From Geosiphon pyriformis uo1 (lineage: Eukaryota > Fungi > Glomeromycota): DNA of 64,000 nt. Numbering within the stretch: the first letter of the stretch is position 1; the number at the start of each line of letters is the position of its first letter. The notes beneath the pieces were generated by a model, which was given only the letters and a program-made list of their open reading frames with translations, was not told the DNA's origin and ran no database searches. Below are positions 37,243-52,085 of this stretch, in pieces. The position numbers were made by a program, and so were the translations under genes. The DNA lies in the NCBI GenBank assembly GCA_016748015.1, contig JAAOMT010000678.1, positions 228,389-292,388 of the forward strand, given 5' to 3'.

Positions 37243-40200
37243 TTATACTGTAGCCATTTGAACATCCACAGCTTCAACATATTCGTCATCGTCGTCCTCA
37301 GTATTGCTATCATCAATTTCCAACATGTTTGTGTAAGAAATAGTGCTTTTGAAGCCAAACGAGGTACCTAGTAACCATTCAACTATAAGAGCTTCTTCCA
37401 GTTCTTCCTCTTCATTATCTTCAACGGCATCTGCAAGCTCTCCATCTTCATCCTCACTTTCAAAAATTTTAGAATCATTTTGATAATCTTCTCGAATAAC
37501 CTCTGTCGACATTTCATCAACAAACTCCTCGACGATTTTTACTGCATCATCAATTGAAGGACTTCTTCCAACCCGTTTTCTTAAATGATCGAGGGCCTGG
37601 GGCGTAACAGTAATTTTAACGGGTAATGTGGGCTCCGAGAGTTTTACCTTGTGATCTTCGACGATCGATTCAACTTTGTTTGGCAAGGAGTTCGTGGTGG
37701 AACGAATACTTTCTTCAAATTTATTTATAATTGTTGCAGCCGTCGGGTTGGGAGTTGGAGTAATGGCAATTGGTAAGGGGGGAGACAAACTGTTCCTTGA
37801 TTTTCCTTGAGAAATTGGAGAACGAGGTGAAGCCGATCTTTTCTGGACTTCAGCCTGTTCTCTTTCGACTTGATTTGACATTGTTATTTTCGTAGAGTTT
37901 TGTCGTTGAGGTGGGGATGGTGTCGAAGAAATTGGCAAAGATTGCTCCAGCTTTTGAATCACTGTCACATTTGTTTGTTTTGCCCTTATCGGCACCGAAG
38001 TAGGAGGTTGTGGTGAACTTGATCTTCGAGATTTTGATGAACTCTGTGATACAGGTCGTGAGGAATAGGTTTGAAGTGTGTTACATGAAGAGCTTTGTTT
38101 TGAAAGTGAGGTTACTGATGTGATACTAGTCGTAGGAGTACTCTGAGTCGGTTTATTCAAGCTAGAACCGGCTTGAGTCAGTATCGAGAATTGTGAGCTT
38201 TTAGCTGCTATCGATGAGTGCCCATCGTGTTCTTCATCGTACATAACGGTAGGCTTGCGGTCAGTGTAATTACCACTAAATGTAGCTCGATTTGGTGTAC
38301 TTTGAGGGCTTCTAGTTGATGAGCTCATCGAATTTGTTTTTGAAAGATGCCGAGAATGACGTCCTTGAATTTCAATTTGATCAAAAATACTTGGTTCAGG
38401 ATTTTCTTCGGGTTTCGGTAGTTGTGGAATTTTTATTTGAACGTAACGCGGTTGCTTTTTACCCGATAAAGAGTTGATTGGGCTGGTAGAATTAGAACTT
38501 GAAGTTTCAAAACTAACATTCGAATGACTGGTTAACCTTTGTTCAGATACGCTTTGTTCATCAGAAAATGATGGTTTTCTAAATCTACCAAAGAGTTTCT
38601 TCAATTTCTTCTTCTTTTTCGCATTAACAGGGACTGCGGAGAGATCTGTTTGTTTGCTAAGCCCATCATTTTCTGCAAAAGTTGTTTTTTCACTAGGGGG
38701 AGTTGTAGCTAAAAAATCCATCAAATCTTGAGCTTGATGTCTTCGTTTGAGTTTCTTCTGACCCTCATCAAGAAATATACTATCGTCATCATCGTCGTCT
38801 TCCAAATTTAATTGACTTGGTCTCTGTTTCGGTTTAGAAGTTGATAAAGGCTCCCCTAGTCGAGCCAATCTTGATTCTAATTGACCAACATTTGTATGCT
38901 TAGACTTGATGTTTGAGCCACTGAGAGATGTGGAAGTAGATGGTGTTTTTCTATTACTTATCGAAGAAGTCCTTGTAAAAGTGATTTGTGTGTTCTGGCC
39001 GAGCTGTGCGGGTGGATAAATAAAAGGGGAATTTGGTACTGAATTTGAATGATTTGCCAGGAGAGGAATGTGACGAGAACTGGTTGGCTGTCTTTCAGGT
39101 ACGGTTTCCAATTGATCTATGGATTTTACACGTCTGTTATGAGAGTCTTTATTTGAAGTTTTGTTTTTAAAACTAGATTTTCCAAATACGTCTTCGGGGC
39201 TACTATTCTTCAAAAACTCGTACAAAGTCTCTTTTTCTGGTTTCCGTCCTTTATGAGGTAACCAATCATCTTCATCGGATTCTTCAATGTTATTATTTGT
39301 CGGTAATGTTGAACCATTTGGTGGAATGATTCTTTCTCGCGCTACGGGTTCCCGAGGCGCTAGTTTAGGAGGCCTTTTATGAGATTCGATGGTGATCAAA
39401 CGGTTAGGCGTCAATGAAACTTTCATTGTCTGAGAGCTATTAATTAGCTGTTCAAAACTTTTCATCTTTTCCTGATTATCTTCCATACTAGAAATACTTT
39501 TCATATCAGCCTCCTTCTCCCCCGAACTTCCTAAACTTTGCATGCTTCTTGTCGATCTAGGCGTTTTAATATCTATGCTTGTTCGTTTAAAAGACTTGCT
39601 ACCACCAATTGAACCCATCCCATCCATTGAAGGTTTTCGCGTTCCATTGCCGCTGTTTTGACGATTTTTTGGTAATTGGGGTGAAAATGATCCATTACGT
39701 GATTTCACGGAATCTGTTGAATTACGTGATATAAATCCTTGAGATGTTGGTGAGGTGTAACTTCCATGTTTTTCTATTCCCAAGGGATGTAAATTTTATG
39801 CAAATGCGAGATTAACAAGGATTTCGAAATTTGAATTTTTTTTTCACAATAAATTTCCATTCCAATACAAAAATTGGTAAGGACTTACGAAATGAAATAT
39901 TTGAATTCTGCCCGGATGATTTGCTGGTAAATCCATTTTGTTCCTAGAAAGTTTTTTTTTAGTGAGCCTCATGATATTCAACTGAAAGTCAACATATTCG
40001 GGTAAGTCACATACCTCCATCTGCGATTTGAGCTCCATTCGAAGGAATAATGAAGAAATTTGAGGGTCTTCAGACAATGCTATATAAACTTCTTTAGCCT
40101 TTGCCACCTCAACCTTATGTTTCTCAGAAGTTTTGGCAACTAAAAATAATATATTCTCGCCAACATATTCCAAGACAGCAGTCAAATAAATTGCCAAACT

Positions 40201-40809
40201 TGGTGCAATGTGAATTCCATCAGAGCCGTGTGAATCCAAAAGCATGTCAGAATCGTATTCGTCAGCTCCACCTCGATCACCTAGGGTACTAAAATATTGA
40301 CATTTCATGCGAAATTGGTTGAAAACCTTTTGTAAAGGAAATGGTGATATGTCTATGGTTTTTTCCTTTGTATTGTCCGAATTTCCGCTCTCCACATAAG
40401 TTTTAAGTTCGAGCTCCGCTTCAAGAACAGCTCGTTTACCAACACTTGTGGGAAGCACGGTGCCAATGGCGGCTTTGATGCGGACCAAGTCCAAAGAGTG
40501 TGCGGCATCAATTAACAAGTATAAGAATTCGTCAAGGAAGGTGTTGATGGCCTTTAGTGCCTCAGATGAGATGCGGTAGGGAGCAACGTCCGCTATAATG
40601 GCGTTAGCTGCCCTTTGGGAAATATAAGGAGTGTCTAGCATAAAAAGAAATACCCAAAGACAATGGTGTGAAAAGGATGTGGAGAGTATACAAGTGTTGG
40701 TATAAGAGTGAGTTAGATGATTAGGAAGTGAGGAGGATCTAAGTGAACGTATGTAACAAGCGAGAGACACCGGTAACTCGTATAACAATACACAAAACGT
40801 GTGTGGTTC

Positions 40810-40842
<33 letters not shown>

Positions 40843-41080
40843 TTGTTGTTGTTGTTGTTGTTTTCTTGTTATTATTATTCTATAAGAGAAGTGAACATGA
40901 TATCAACTTTCTTGATTCAAAATTGTCTTTTTAAGAGGTAAAGTTTCTTAATAGTGGTCACTAATTGACAAGATCTGTAAGTATAGAAAACTTTCATTGC
41001 GACTATATAATATACATAAAAATAAGGGTAGAGATATTCAAAGATCAAGAGAACTTACTTTTTGAAGAGTCTACGGCCAT
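37243..41080 (-). CDS. Fungal protein with an N-terminal tandem histone-fold-like domain and a long Ser/Pro-rich disordered tail
   Basis: Exons 41080-41059, 40634-40015, 39943-39889 and 39773-37243 are phase-compatible. Contains the H2A-like motif IAPSLAIYLTAVLEYVGENIL. Confidence 0.8.
40811..40862. repeat. Compound (TAA)n-(TTG)n microsatellite within an intron
   Basis: About 10 TAA units directly followed by about 6 TTG units. Confidence 0.9.
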
Positions 41081-43300
41081 TTTTTATTATTATAAATTGA
41101 TTAAAAAATATTTTAAATATTGAGATATATTTTGCTTTTTAAGAGAAGAGTTATGATGATGTCAAGGGTAAAAAACGTGGAATTTTTGGTGAAATCGCAA
41201 AAATTTTACTCTACCAATTAGACACCAAAATGACGGGATTTTATGGTAATTAGGTATTAGGTACAACCTTCAGAAACCCAAGACGGGATAAAGTAAAAAT
41301 GACTGATAAAGCGCAAAAGACACGAGTTTACACAACAGGGGGAACAAATAAACTAATAATTATCGGACTCTCTTCTTGTTTCGATGGTTCAAGATAAGAA
41401 AGGATTCAATGTAAAGCGATTTCCAAAAAACCATTATATCAAAAGGATATTTCTAGTAAAAATAAAATTAAAGTTTGTTTACGCGCGATTTCCGTCTTAA
41501 AAGATTATTATTAAATTTCTCTCCTAATTAAGATTACAATAAGTTTTTCCGTAATAAGAAATAAGTGTCAAAACAGCTACCAAAATATTTAGTTGCATTG
41601 TATCAAAATGTTTCACTCTTGAGAATGGTACAATTTGTGTAATGTTTGTAGAATAAATATCGAGAAAATTACAATTAAAACTTTATTAAATAAAATTAAT
41701 ATCTAAAATTTTATTATTTTGATTTATTATTTGATTTTATTGATAATTTCTCATATGTTAAATTCTTAATAATAGTTTTTGAATAATCAATATTAAACAA
41801 ATGTTTAATCCAACAAATATATTTACTTGAAAATAATTAATAATTAATATGCTAAATTTATAATTAATATTTTCTTAAATATATCTAAATTGTTATTTTT
41901 ATTAATTTTTTTAAATAAAAAGTTTTTAAAAATTAAATACAAATAAAATTTTGGTTAAAAGTAAAAAATATGATATATAAATATATAATTATTAATAATT
42001 AATAATAATTTATTAAAAATAATTAAAATAATATAAAATTACACATATTTATGTTCTAATTTTATTTGTTTATTTTTATTAACTTTAAATAAATAGCAAA
42101 TAAAATATATCTATTTATATTTTTTATATTTACAACATAATGATGTAATAATGCCAAAATAATATTTTTAATTGTATTTAAATTATATTTACATACATAT
42201 GTAACAATAATTAAGTTTTATTAAAAAATTTCTATAATTAACTAAATTTTATATATAATATGATTATATTTTTGTTTGGGAATTGTTTTCATTATTTTTT
42301 CTGAATAAAAAATCAAGTTTTCTAAGGTTTTGAAATTTCTCAATTTGGAAAATAATATTTATTGTAAACAAATCAATATATTCTTTTATGATTTGTCTTT
42401 TTTTTTGTGTATTATTTATTATAATCTCATCCCTCTTTGACTGAATTCAACTTTTCTTTCTACTCCTTCAATGCAAGGTACGCCAGTTTCACGTTTGTGA
42501 GAAGGCAGAAGGGTACCTTGTATATCAGTAAGTCAAGAGCAACGGCGTCTTGGGATTCTCATGCAGGGTTCAGTTGATGTTCTAGTTCTTAATAATTACA
42601 TAGACATGCAATCGTTTGGGTCTCTCCACCGCTGTCGCTTCCAACGACTTTATTAAAGAGCAAACATTGTTCTTGAAAAATTTTGTATGAGCATAGACCC
42701 GCAAATAACGTTAATAGTAGGTCATATCCTAAGGCAATGCCATGCATAACTTAAAGACCTGCGAGTATCTTTTCTTCACTTCTTTCGGCTAATAGAAAAG
42801 TAACAGTTCCCATTTGACTTTCCATTCCATCAGAAGCCTTGAAAATATTAGATAATCGAGGTTACCTATGTACGATAATGGTTTTGCGGCTCGACGAAGT
42901 ATTGAAAAAAAGGAGGTTGCGTGACGACTGTTAGAATGATTTACAACTAAAACACACTTTTAGAATATTTTGTTTCTTCGTAACCGTTAAAAAGTTTCGC
43001 AAAGTCGACTAAATCGGCTAATCATAAGTCATCTTTGCAGTATGGTGCAGCAACAATATCTGATGAGATCGCGTGATCCAGAAACCTCTCAAACAATTTA
43101 TATGTTTCGGCAGGACAAATAAATTTCTATTACATTTAGCCTAATAAAATTTCCGCTTTCCCAATTGATAAATTAAATGTTTCAACTGAACCAAACGCTG
43201 AAAATAAATGACAACAAAGGTCTACTTCCTTATAATCCACAAGAAGAATATAAACATTTCTCATTTACATCCCAATTATTCAAAGTATTTAATCTGTTTA

Positions 43301-43969
43301 TTATTTGAATGCCCTAAGAAACTAATCAATTTTAAAACATGAAGAGGTGGTTAAATAACATCAGTATAATACTTACATTTTAAATGGAAATATATTCCAA
43401 CGTTCCCACACCTTGCCTGTTACATAGGGGTCAGTCTCAATAAGTGCACGAACATCCTCCTCTGTTTCTGCCTCGAAGACCATTAAGCTACCATTCATTT
43501 TCTCAATTTTTGTATTTGAACTTAGCAAAGCGCCACCAAAATGAACTAATCCTTTTTCTTTCATTTCTTTGGTACGAGACAAGTGGGCCTGACGTACAGC
43601 AGAACGACGGGTCAAAGCTTCAGGATCTGTGTAGTCATGAGCTGTATTGATGAAACAAATTAATTATTTTGTAGAGATAAATAGGAACATATATTTCCCA
43701 TTACCAATTAACACGAATTGTTTCTTTGCTATAAAAGATTTTGATAAGTTTTAACACAGAGAATAACGATGATATTTTTTGAAAAATAAAATAAAATTTT
43801 ACGAACTATAAAAGGAAGAAGTAAAACTTCTCGTATTTGCTGCAAAAAAGATAAGTTTCAAGAACGTGAAAATTACTACCTGAGAAGTTTTAGTTTAGTA
43901 AAAAATGAGTTGCTTTACCCGCATAAAGACTCTTCGAGAATAAACGACCTCTTGAACGAAGTAGAGCAT
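43301..43969 (-). CDS. YciI/YCII-domain protein; 5' exon structure uncertain
   Basis: Spliced sequence KKQFVLIAHDYTDPEALTRRSAVRQAHL...GGALL...GSLMVFEAETEEDVRALIETDPYVTGKVW...PFKMAFK*. Confidence 0.82.
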
Positions 43970-44108
43970 GAAATGGGGAAGAAGATAACATATTTCTTAT
44001 TACACGGAAATTTTAAAATAAATAATTAATAACAAAATTGAAAGATTACATTATAAATTTTATGTTTTAAATTTTTGTAAACTTTTACTTTTATAAATTT
44101 TAAAAACA

Positions 44109-44109
44109 G

Positions 44110-44166
<57 letters not shown>
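44109..44166. repeat. (TAA)n microsatellite
   Basis: About 19 perfect units. Confidence 0.95.
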
Positions 44167-44752
44167 TATTTATCTGTATTTTTTACTTTTGTGGCTTAAT
44201 TTATGAAAATCTAAAAATTATAATATGTAAAAAATTTAGTAAATTATAGAAATATAACAATAAAAATAATTAAATACATATAAAGTACATAATTTATATT
44301 TTTATAATTTAAAATAATAAATAAATTACATTCAAAAATTAAAATATAAATTAATATTTTAACATATTAAAAAAATTTTTGTAAAATATAATTTATTATT
44401 ATTATTATTGTTGTTGTTGTTGTTGTCTTTATTGTTATTTTTGTGATTATTTAAATAAAAACAATTATTTTGCAAATTATGAATATATTATAATTTATTA
44501 TTTTTGTATTTATATTATGAAAATATAATAATTTTAAATTATGTTAAATTAAAATACAGAAAAATCTATTTATTGGTAAACTATTTTTTTAAGATTAAGT
44601 GATTCAAAAACAAAGCATGAAGCAAAATTCTTAAACTGTAATCACTAATTGGTTATGCAATCATAATAAAATTTTCATTAATATTTAAAGTAGTTAAAAT
44701 TCAACAACGCCCAAGTTTTGGCACTATTTTCAGTTTGTATTCGCACCTAAAA

Positions 44753-47700
44753 ATGCAAATGTTAACAAAGGTAATTTTTTCTTTGGAAGGAGTGAGGCTT
44801 CACTTTTCTTGTGGGTCACATTTAGCAAGGTGTGATCTTTATTTGGCAGTTTATTAAGCCATGATTTTCCTGGTTTTTGTCGATAAAATTTTGCCTTGCT
44901 CTCATTCGGGTACTCCTTATTAAGTTTGAATCGAAAAGCAATCGTGTCAAAGGGATAGCATTCCACCCCAAAAGACCTTGGATTCTCGCCTCCCTTCACA
45001 ATGGCTGTATACAACTATGGGACTATCGCATGGGCACTCTTCTGGAACGCTTCGACGAACATGATGGTAATAGCTCATTGTACGTTTTTTTTTGTTTCAA
45101 GAATCCAGAATGCAAAATGATCGAAACCTCATTGAACCTTTTGGATTTCCTTAGGTCCAGTTCGAGGCATCGCCTTTCATCCCACTCAACCTTTGTTTGT
45201 GACAGGTGGCGACGATTACAAAATTAAAGTTTGGAATTATAAAACGCGAAAATGCTTGTTTACTCTTAATGGCCATCTTGATTACGTGCGTACTGTGTTT
45301 TTCCATCACGAATATCCTTGGATTCTCAGTGCATCCGACGACCAGACGATTCGTATTTGGAATTGGCAATCCCGAAATTGCATTGCTATATTGACCGGTC
45401 ATAATCACTATGTAATGTGCGCGCAGTTTCATCCGAAAGATGATTTAGTTGTGTCTGCTTCTTTGGATACATATGTCAGGGTTTGGGATATCTCAGGTAT
45501 TCTTTCATTAACTATTCATCTATTTTCCTCCTAGAATATAATTTATTATAAAACAACCTGCATAACCCTTTAATTGGGTCATTCTGATGCTTAGGTCTCC
45601 GAAAGAAAAATGCCGCTCCGAGCTCAATGACATTTGAAGATACCTTACATAGATCATCGGCGACACAAGCTGATATCTTTGGTAGCACAGACGCAGTTGT
45701 GAAATTTGTTGTTGAAGGACATGACCGTGGAGTCAATTGGGCTACCTTTCATCCCACACTCCCTTTGTTTGTTTCAGCTGGTGACGATCGTCAAATTAAG
45801 TTGTGGCGCATGAATGGTATTTTTCGAGGTTTTCAGTATTTCATATCAGATTAACCTATGGTAATTCCAACCTGATGATAAGTTTAAAAATAAGAAACAA
45901 AGGCCTGGGAAGTTGATACCTGTCGTGGACATTTCAACAATGTTTCCGCCGCTTTATTCCATCCAAGACAAGAATTAATTATATCAGATGCTGAAGATAA
46001 AACTATTCGTGTATGGGACATGTCTAAGCGAACCCTTGTTCAAACTTTTCGGCGAGAGCATGATAGATTTTGGGTCCTCACTGCTCACCCGGAGTTGAAT
46101 CTTTTTGCCGCTGGCAAGTATATATCATGTTTGGTATTTTCAAATTTTCAGAAGAATAAAACTATTTTGTAAATTTTTAATCAGGTCATGATAACGGTCT
46201 CATTGTATTTAAACTTGAACGGGAGAGGCCTGCTTACGCAGTGCATCAAACTCATTTATTTTATATAAAGGACAAATATTTGCGAGTTTACGATTTTACC
46301 GACGGATCAGATTCAACTCTCCTTTCAGTGCGGAAAATTGGTAGCCAGTTTATTCAACCACGATCATTATCCTACAATCCGGCTGAAAGGGCAATAATTC
46401 TCATTACAGTTAGCAGGCTTTTATTTTAAATTTGGCTATAATTGTCTTCGTCTTCTTCAGCTCCCATTATTTATTATCTCACCAGACCAATCAATATCAT
46501 GAATAGCCATCGGATGGTGGAACTTATGATTTATTACATCTTCCAAAAGACACTTCCGGGGAACCTCGCGAAGCTGCTGGAGATGGAAAACGTGGATCTG
46601 GGTCATCGGCAATTTTCATTGCCAGAAATCGATTTGCAGTCCTCGATAAGACACGTCAGGTATTGAAGATGACCCTATTTGTTTTTACTAAAAGCACCTC
46701 TCTAATATGATATTATCTACATTTTATAAGCAAATTGAAATCAAAGATTTAACCAATATAGTCACTAAATCTATAAAACCTCCAGCGACTGTAAATGAAA
46801 TCTTCAATGCTTGTAACGGGAATCTTTTACTTCTCAGCACCCTTACATCCGTTATATTGTATGATATCCAGCAGCGACAAACTATTGCTGAAATAAATAC
46901 TCCACCTGTAAAATATGTGGTATGGTCATCTGATCAGGGTCAAGTAGCATTACTAAGCAAGCATAGTAAGTTAATCTCATTAAGAACCAAAAGACTGAGC
47001 CATCTTATTGTGATCTGGACTAATAGAATGATGCCTTTTCCAATTAAAGCCATAACCATCGCTAACAAAACGTTAGAACAAAGCTGTCTCATTCACGAGA
47101 CAATCCGCATCAAGAGTGGGGCATGGGACGATGCAGGGATTTTTATCTATTCTACCCTCAACCATATCAAATATGCTCTGCCACAAGGGTATATTTCATA
47201 TTTCATATTTATAGTTGAGGTTTTTCTTTTCTTTGACATCTCTCTCATAACCATTCAGCGACAATGGAATAATACGTACACTCGATCAACCCATTTATCT
47301 CACCAAAGTCAAAGGCAAGAATGTTCACTGTTTAGACCGAGATGGTAAAACACGTGTCATTAGCATAGACCCCACAGAGTATCGTTTCAAATTATCGTTG
47401 ATCCAAAGAAATCATGATGAGGTATTGCAAATTATTCGAACCTCAAATTTGGTTGGTCAATCGATTATCGCATATTTACAGAAGAAGGGCTATCCAGAGG
47501 TAAATGATTCAAAAGTCATATTTCTATTTTAAAAGGAATTTATTGTTTAACCAATTAGTTGCAATCTTTCAGGTGGCACTTCATTTTGTACGTGATGACA
47601 AAACGCGATTTGATCTTGCTTTAGAGTGTGGGAACATTGAGGTAGCCTTGGAAACTGCAAAGAAAATGGATCGGGAGGACTGTTGGAATAAACTTGGCAA

Positions 47701-49634
47701 TGAAGCACTTCGCCAGGGAAATCACCAAATTGTCGAGATGGCCTATCAAAGAATTAAGAATTATGATAGTCTTTCTTTCCTTTACTTGGCCACCGGTAAT
47801 GTGGAAAAGTTAAAGAAGATGCTAAAGATTGCTGAGCTCAGGAACGATAATATGTCCAGATTTCACAACTCCCTTTTCCTTGGGGACGTTGAAGAACGCG
47901 TCCGTTTACTTAAAGAAGTTGGCCAATGTATTAGAAATTTATGATTTCCCTGTTTCTTGTAGTTAAAAAATATACGACCTCCTAATATTGACCCAATTCA
48001 TGTTATTGCTAGTGCCATTGGCTTATCTTACTGCTCAAAGTCATGGTTTAATAGAGGAGGCTGAGTCTATATTGGCCGCCTCTGGTTTAACCCCTGAAGA
48101 CATAACTGATCTACCAACTAACGGACAATTATTGAAACCCCCGATACCCATAATAAGACAGCAAGATTCCAATTGGCCGTTGTTGACAGTTTCACGTTCA
48201 TTCTTTGATAGCGCTTTTCTCAACACAGAGAACAATCCACTTGCGGCAACGCTTGCGTTTCCTGATTCCGCTGATGGGGAAATCGGGGGTGATTGGGGTG
48301 ATGATGATATTAATTTTGGTGAGGAAGGGCGAAAAATCGTAAACGAGCAGCGAACAGATGGGGAAGGCTTGGAGGATGGATCAGGATGGGAACTTGATAC
48401 AGATCTTGATGGTCAAATTGACACTCAAATCGCCGAGGATCTCGCCAAGGGATCACATGAATTCGTTCCACCGACTCCTGGTACCAATGAATCTGAACTC
48501 TGGGCACATAACTCACCTTTAGCTGCTGATCATGTTGCAGCCGGATCTTTTGAAACTGCCATGCAGGTAAAACTCCTTTAACAAGATTGGCTCTCATTCC
48601 TCACTTACAACAATAACCGACTATATTCTGTTTTGTATTCCCCCCAAAAGATCCTTAATCGGCAAGTCGGAGCGGTCAATTTTGCGCCTCTTAAATCATA
48701 TTTTCTAAAAACTTTCCAAGCGACGCGAACTTACCTGTACACTAATGTTTCAATCCCTTCTTTGGTGTATCATGTTCGTCGAAATCTCGAGGAGACGGAG
48801 ACGCGCCGGGCTTTACCAATTTTGGTACATAAACTTCAGACAATTCTTTCTACGCAGCTTCAAGATGCCTATAAAACTACAACGGCTGGGAAATTTCAAG
48901 ATGCTACGTTACAGTTCCGTTCAATACTCCACGCAATTTTATTGGTTGTTGTCTCCAAAAAATCAGAAATTGACGAGGTTTGTATTAATCGATTTATGAT
49001 TATTTTTTCAACAAAAACTTGAAAACTTGCTTTTTATTCAGGTAAACCAACTAATTGAAGTATGTCGCGAATACATAATCGGTTTATCAATGGAACAAGT
49101 TCGTCGCAAATTATCTTTGGAAAATCCCGAAAGTACTAAACGTTCTCTCGAGTTGGCTGCCTACTTCACTCATTGTCAGCTACAACCAGCTCACTTGCAG
49201 CTGAGTTTGAGATCAGCAATGTCGTTGAGTAATCGAGCTAAAAATTGTCTTACTGCATCGACGTTCGCCAGACGATTATTGGAATTGGCCCCGCCACCAC
49301 AAGTTGCCACACAGGTATAGCTTAAGAATGTCTTATTGGACATTTTTGTATTTAAATCTTACCGCCACATCCCCATTATATTTAATAGGCCCGCCAGATT
49401 CAGTCTGTCTGTGATAAGACACCCCGTGATGAGATACCACTGGATTATGACCAATATAATCCATTTGTCGTGTGCGCTATTTCATATAAGCCAATTTATA
49501 GAGGTAGTGCCTCAGTGGAATGTCCTTACTGTCATGCTTCTTATCTTCCTGAACATCAAGGGACTCTTTGTTCCGTATGTGACGTTTCCCAAATTGGAGC
49601 CAACGCAAGCGGCTTGAAAGTATTTTTATCGTGA
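44753..49634 (+). CDS. COP1: Coatomer subunit alpha (alpha-COP), multi-exon
   Basis: Starts MQMLTK|[27 protein letters not shown]. Contains WD40 repeats, [43 protein letters not shown] and ELAAYFTHC, with a C-terminal CPYC...CSVC. Stop TGA at 49632-49634. Confidence 0.98.
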
Positions 49635-50324
49635 ACAACAGCCAAAAGAGATGTTATCAGCTGCCAATTATATGTAAGGGATTCGCAGCTTTCAGTTAAG
49701 CACCTGTGGTAAACAAAGCCAAAGCTCCTATCCTACAAACGAGAGGTCGATGATGTGGACCCGTTAAGAGCCTAGATTAGAATAATTAAGACCACACTTT
49801 GTAGATGACCTCAATTATTTTTTAATTTAAAAGTTAATTTACGGCCGATCACTATTTTTTATGATGTACAAAGCAATTCATTCTGTAAAGTTACAGAAAG
49901 GCGATATCTTTGAATTAAGCTGTTATCAATTGATAAAATGTCACCATATCGAATTTACAGCTTTGAAATGATTGTATTAATAGCAGAATTGTTGGATAAG
50001 AAACAATACCTTCCAAATTACATTTAATAGCAACAAGAATTTTTTGTAAAAAAAATTCTAAATTGCAAACATAAGTATTTATTGGTTGCAATTAATTACA
50101 GCTTTATAATTTGAAGTTGCACCCATGTGATAATTAAGCATTACATTAATTAAAATTTTATTTATAAAGTTAATCAATTTTAATGCATTTTAAATGTAAT
50201 TACAATGATATTATATTCAATTTTAAGAAATAATAAATTAATTTTTTTGGTTTATATAATTTGTTATTTAAATTTATTAAATTAATATTAATATTTTTTT
50301 TAGTTTTATAAACTTTAATAATTT

Positions 50325-50470
50325 AATCATTTTTTATTATTATTATTAATTTAATAAATAAAGTTTAATTGTTATCTAATATAATACAACAATTAAGTGT
50401 TTTAAACTAAATCTAATTTATATGCTTTTTATATATAACCAGCTATTTAGACCAATTAAAACAATATTAT
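50325..50470 (-). mobile_element. Second hypermutated ghost of the LINE 3' UTR
   Basis: ttttaaactaaatctaatttatatgctttttatatataaccagctatttagaccaattaaaac aligns with 19183-19244 mostly through transitions. Confidence 0.7.
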
Positions 50471-50558
50471 ATAATTATATTAATAATTATAATATTAAAT
50501 AAAACAAACATAAAACACATATATTAAATATTTTAAATGTTTTATTAATATTAAACAT

Positions 50559-51184
50559 TGTTACTTATAAAAAAAACATACAAGAAAAATAGTAAGAAAA
50601 ACAGATAGACCAATAAGAAAATAATAACTAACACATGAACACATTACTTGAGAAATTATAGCACATTACTTGGAAATATAAGCGATTTTGTAGAACTCAA
50701 ATTATGTATATATAACAAGAGTGTTAGAAGCAGAAAAGACAGAATTCACAGTTAGAATTAATACCAAGATCTCTCAGTTAAAAACATTTTAGTTAAAATC
50801 ACTTATATTAATAAATAATTATTTACCATTTAAATCACTTTCTCACTATCAACACTTTATGTTAATAGTATTTGATACTTGATCATACTGGAATAATAGC
50901 TCTTGATCATAACTATTAATAAAATACTAACTCTTTATTGCCTTGGCTTATTTCTTTATTTCTTTATTTTTTTTCTTTTTCTTTATTTTACTTTCTTGTT
51001 GTGTTATTAACTGATTAAAGAGATTAAGAATTAAGTTATTAATGTCAAAGATAGCCTGGTAAAAGACCTGTAAAACAAGAATAGTGAACTCGAAAATTGA
51101 AGATAGCTTATCAGAAGGGCATAACTGTCAGAATAAACTGGCCATCATGCTGAAAAATGAAATTTGACAGAATTGTGATTCTGG
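50559..51184 (+). mobile_element. 5' LTR (about 50559-51075) and leader of an older outer Ty3/Gypsy element
   Basis: Starts TGTTAC like the other LTRs in the window. The eroded 3' end lies near ctgtaaaa. The sequence is cut at 51184 by the inner element and presumably resumes at 60942. Confidence 0.55.
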
Positions 51185-52085
51185 TATTACCAGTAGAATT
51201 TTAGCTATTAATTAGCATAAAATTATCTTCATAATTCTTATTATTAATTAGTATATATTATTATAATTTCGATTATTACTTATTATTTAACCAAATTATC
51301 AAATATTATCATTTAATTAATAACCTGATTTATATCATAGAAATTAAGATAATCAAATTACACAATATTCTGAACTATTTAATATAGTCAAAATTCACCG
51401 AAATTGATAAAAATTGGCCAAAATAATCAATAATTTGTAAAAATAACTTGTAGTTTGCCAAAATATATCTTTAATTCACTGAAATTAGAGCAAAGAGAAA
51501 AATGCAAGTTCAAAGACTAGTATTACAACAAGTTGTATAAAAAAAGAGCTTCTTTTATATCCTTACAAAATCAAATAAAAATTAAATATTTGAAAACCAA
51601 ATTTTTAATTATTATACTTGAAATTCTCTCAACATAATTAATATTTTGAAATTGATTAGCTACCAATTTCAATAATCTGTTAGTGACTCCAGGCCTGAAT
51701 AGAAAACGTTTTTTTTGATAAAATCTTATTTTTTTTACATTTTTTTTATTTTTTTTTTCTTTTTTATATTATAATCATTAAGGTAGTCTACAGACAAGAT
51801 TTCTGTAAAAGAGTTGATTTTCACAGCAAAGTAACTACACATTTTTAGTGAGCTTCCAAACAAGCAATTCTTGGAAAAGAGTTAACATTTATTACAACAT
51901 AACTACACAAAGCAATTGGCACAGAATTGGTTATTCTACTTCTAAGCCCAGCAGTTCAAATTATAAGAAATAATTTGAAGATAAATTCAGTTATTGGAGG
52001 TTTAATTGCATTCAGAAAATGTGAAATTAGCAACAGACAAACAGTAACAACATTCAAGAAAAGAGACCAAAAATCTCTGGTAATA
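51185..52085 (+). repeat. 5' LTR of inner Gypsy
   Basis: T(A)TTACC...GGTAATA; direct repeat of 59963-60941, lacking about 75 bp near 51550. Confidence 0.95.
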
